NCBI GenBank assembly: GCA_949373075.1
Contig: CASIBX010000005.1
Span: 5,873 to 69,872 of the forward strand
Source: Candidatus Poseidoniaceae archaeon
GTDB lineage: Archaea; Thermoplasmatota; Poseidoniia; Poseidoniales; Poseidoniaceae
Direction of reading: 5' to 3'
Length of the DNA: 64,000 nucleotides
Shown: positions 63,196 through 64,000 of the stretch, one piece after another
Position numbering within the stretch: position 1 is the first letter of the stretch
How the letters are laid out: every line of letters begins with the position of its first letter
Made by a program: the position numbers and the translations under genes
Notes under the pieces: model-generated
Seen by the model: the letters and a program-made list of their open reading frames with translations, nothing else
Databases searched by the model: none
Told to the model about the DNA's origin: nothing

Positions 63196-64000
63196 AATTG
63201 GGTACTAGAAGTAGGAGCTTCCCCCAGACTTGATGTCATTATAGATTCTACACCATCTATTTCTGCCAATCTTTTTATGATTCTTGTTTCATTCTCAGGC
63301 AGACATACCGCTTTTATTTGTGGTCCAGCATCCATTGTAAAAAAAACAGGTTCACCACTTTGCTGTAAATCTCGAATAGCATGCATACAGTTAAGAGTTG
63401 CAGCATTCCAATAGACAACAGAGGGCTTAGTAGTCCACATAACAGAATGCATTTTCAAGCAATTATGCTCAGAAACCGCCGCTAATTTTGCAAAATCTTT
63501 CTCTTTTACAGCTAATCTTGCTTCATTCATATCTGGAGATTGATTTTCAATCCAAGCTGAATAAAAAGGAGAAGAATGCGAACTTAAATTCATTGCCTTT
63601 GATGATGAAATACTTTTTTTATTTTTATCAGTGATAGCAATCACCACACTCAATGGCCATCGTGTAACATTTGATAATTGTTTTATTTTAATAGTATTCG
63701 ATATATTTTTAAGTTCTACGATACCACCCAATAAAGATCTTGCTGCGGAACCTGAAATATTTCCTGCTTGCGAAGCGAATAGCTGAGTGTCTGATTTTTT
63801 ATTCATCACTGCATTTGCAGCAACAACTAAGGCAGAAAATGAAGAGGAGGAGGATGCCAGTCCAGCTGAAATAGGAAAATTACATTCACTAATGATCTTA
63901 GCGAATTTTCGATTTTTACCCATAACAAGATCCAAACATTGGCTAACACGTGATAAATTTGACTCATTATTGACACCATTTATGATTAATTCATCACATT
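63192..64000 (-). CDS. mvaD: Diphosphomevalonate decarboxylase (partial, N-terminus beyond right edge)
   Basis: FPISAGLASSSSSFSALVVA, HSSPFYSAW and FFTMDAGPQIKAV. The frame stays open upstream of the track's M at 63935 (…DELIINGVNNESNLSRVSQCLDLV) to the window end. Confidence 0.8.
   Translation of the reverse strand, partial: CDELIINGVNNESNLSRVSQCLDLVMGKNRKFAKIISECNFPISAGLASSSSSFSALVVAANAVMNKKSDTQLFASQAGNISGSAARSLLGGIVELKNISNTIKIKQLSNVTRWPLSVVIAITDKNKKSISSSKAMNLSSHSSPFYSAWIENQSPDMNEARLAVKEKDFAKLAAVSEHNCLKMHSVMWTTKPSVVYWNAATLNCMHAIRDLQQSGEPVFFTMDAGPQIKAVCLPENETRIIKRLAEIDGVESIMTSSLGEAPTSSTQL

Noticed and set aside
1-64000. CRISPR arrays, rRNA genes, transposases/integrases, prophage genes
   Set aside because: I scanned for regularly spaced direct repeats, rRNA-like conserved blocks, and DDE or tyrosine-recombinase motifs in the ORF translations. 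None was seen. In particular, the low-GC segment is not flanked by a recognisable integrase or a tRNA.

Overview
The window reads as a marine planktonic euryarchaeon, probably Marine Group II/Poseidoniales-like. This is an inference from four things: an archaeal RFC small subunit, an archaeal-type PheS, an intron-containing tRNA with CAT anticodon, and a roughly 40-45% GC genome with a strongly acidic proteome. I call about 54 tightly packed genes. Housekeeping genes are kbl, citrate synthase, folD, an AspC-like aminotransferase, pheS, pyruvate kinase, tatC, panB and rfcS, plus two tRNAs. Many acidic membrane or surface proteins lie between them.

The main observations are:
1. A 984-aa two-pass membrane protein carries collinear CD36/LIMP-2/SR-B family motifs.
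2. A 3017-aa surface protein is built from a 7x super-repeat plus Ig-like domains. An 856-aa neighbour shares the same transmembrane (TM) helix, acidic tail and Trp-rich C-terminal cassette.
3. A translationally coupled pair encodes a DUF835-type protein and a DnaA/Hda-like AAA+ ATPase.
4. An amn-like 2-aminophenol-type meta-cleavage module includes a LigB-alpha/RidA fusion.
5. An APC permease is fused to an EF-hand pair.
6. A sharp compositional breakpoint sits near 58.4 kb, where two opposed genes are both truncated. To its right is a low-GC, lysine-rich, bacterial-type mevalonate cluster containing an HMG-CoA reductase/mevalonate kinase fusion. This is either a chimeric assembly or a foreign insertion.

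I saw no CRISPR array, rRNA or transposase. All functional calls come from motif recognition by eye, and no database search was run.
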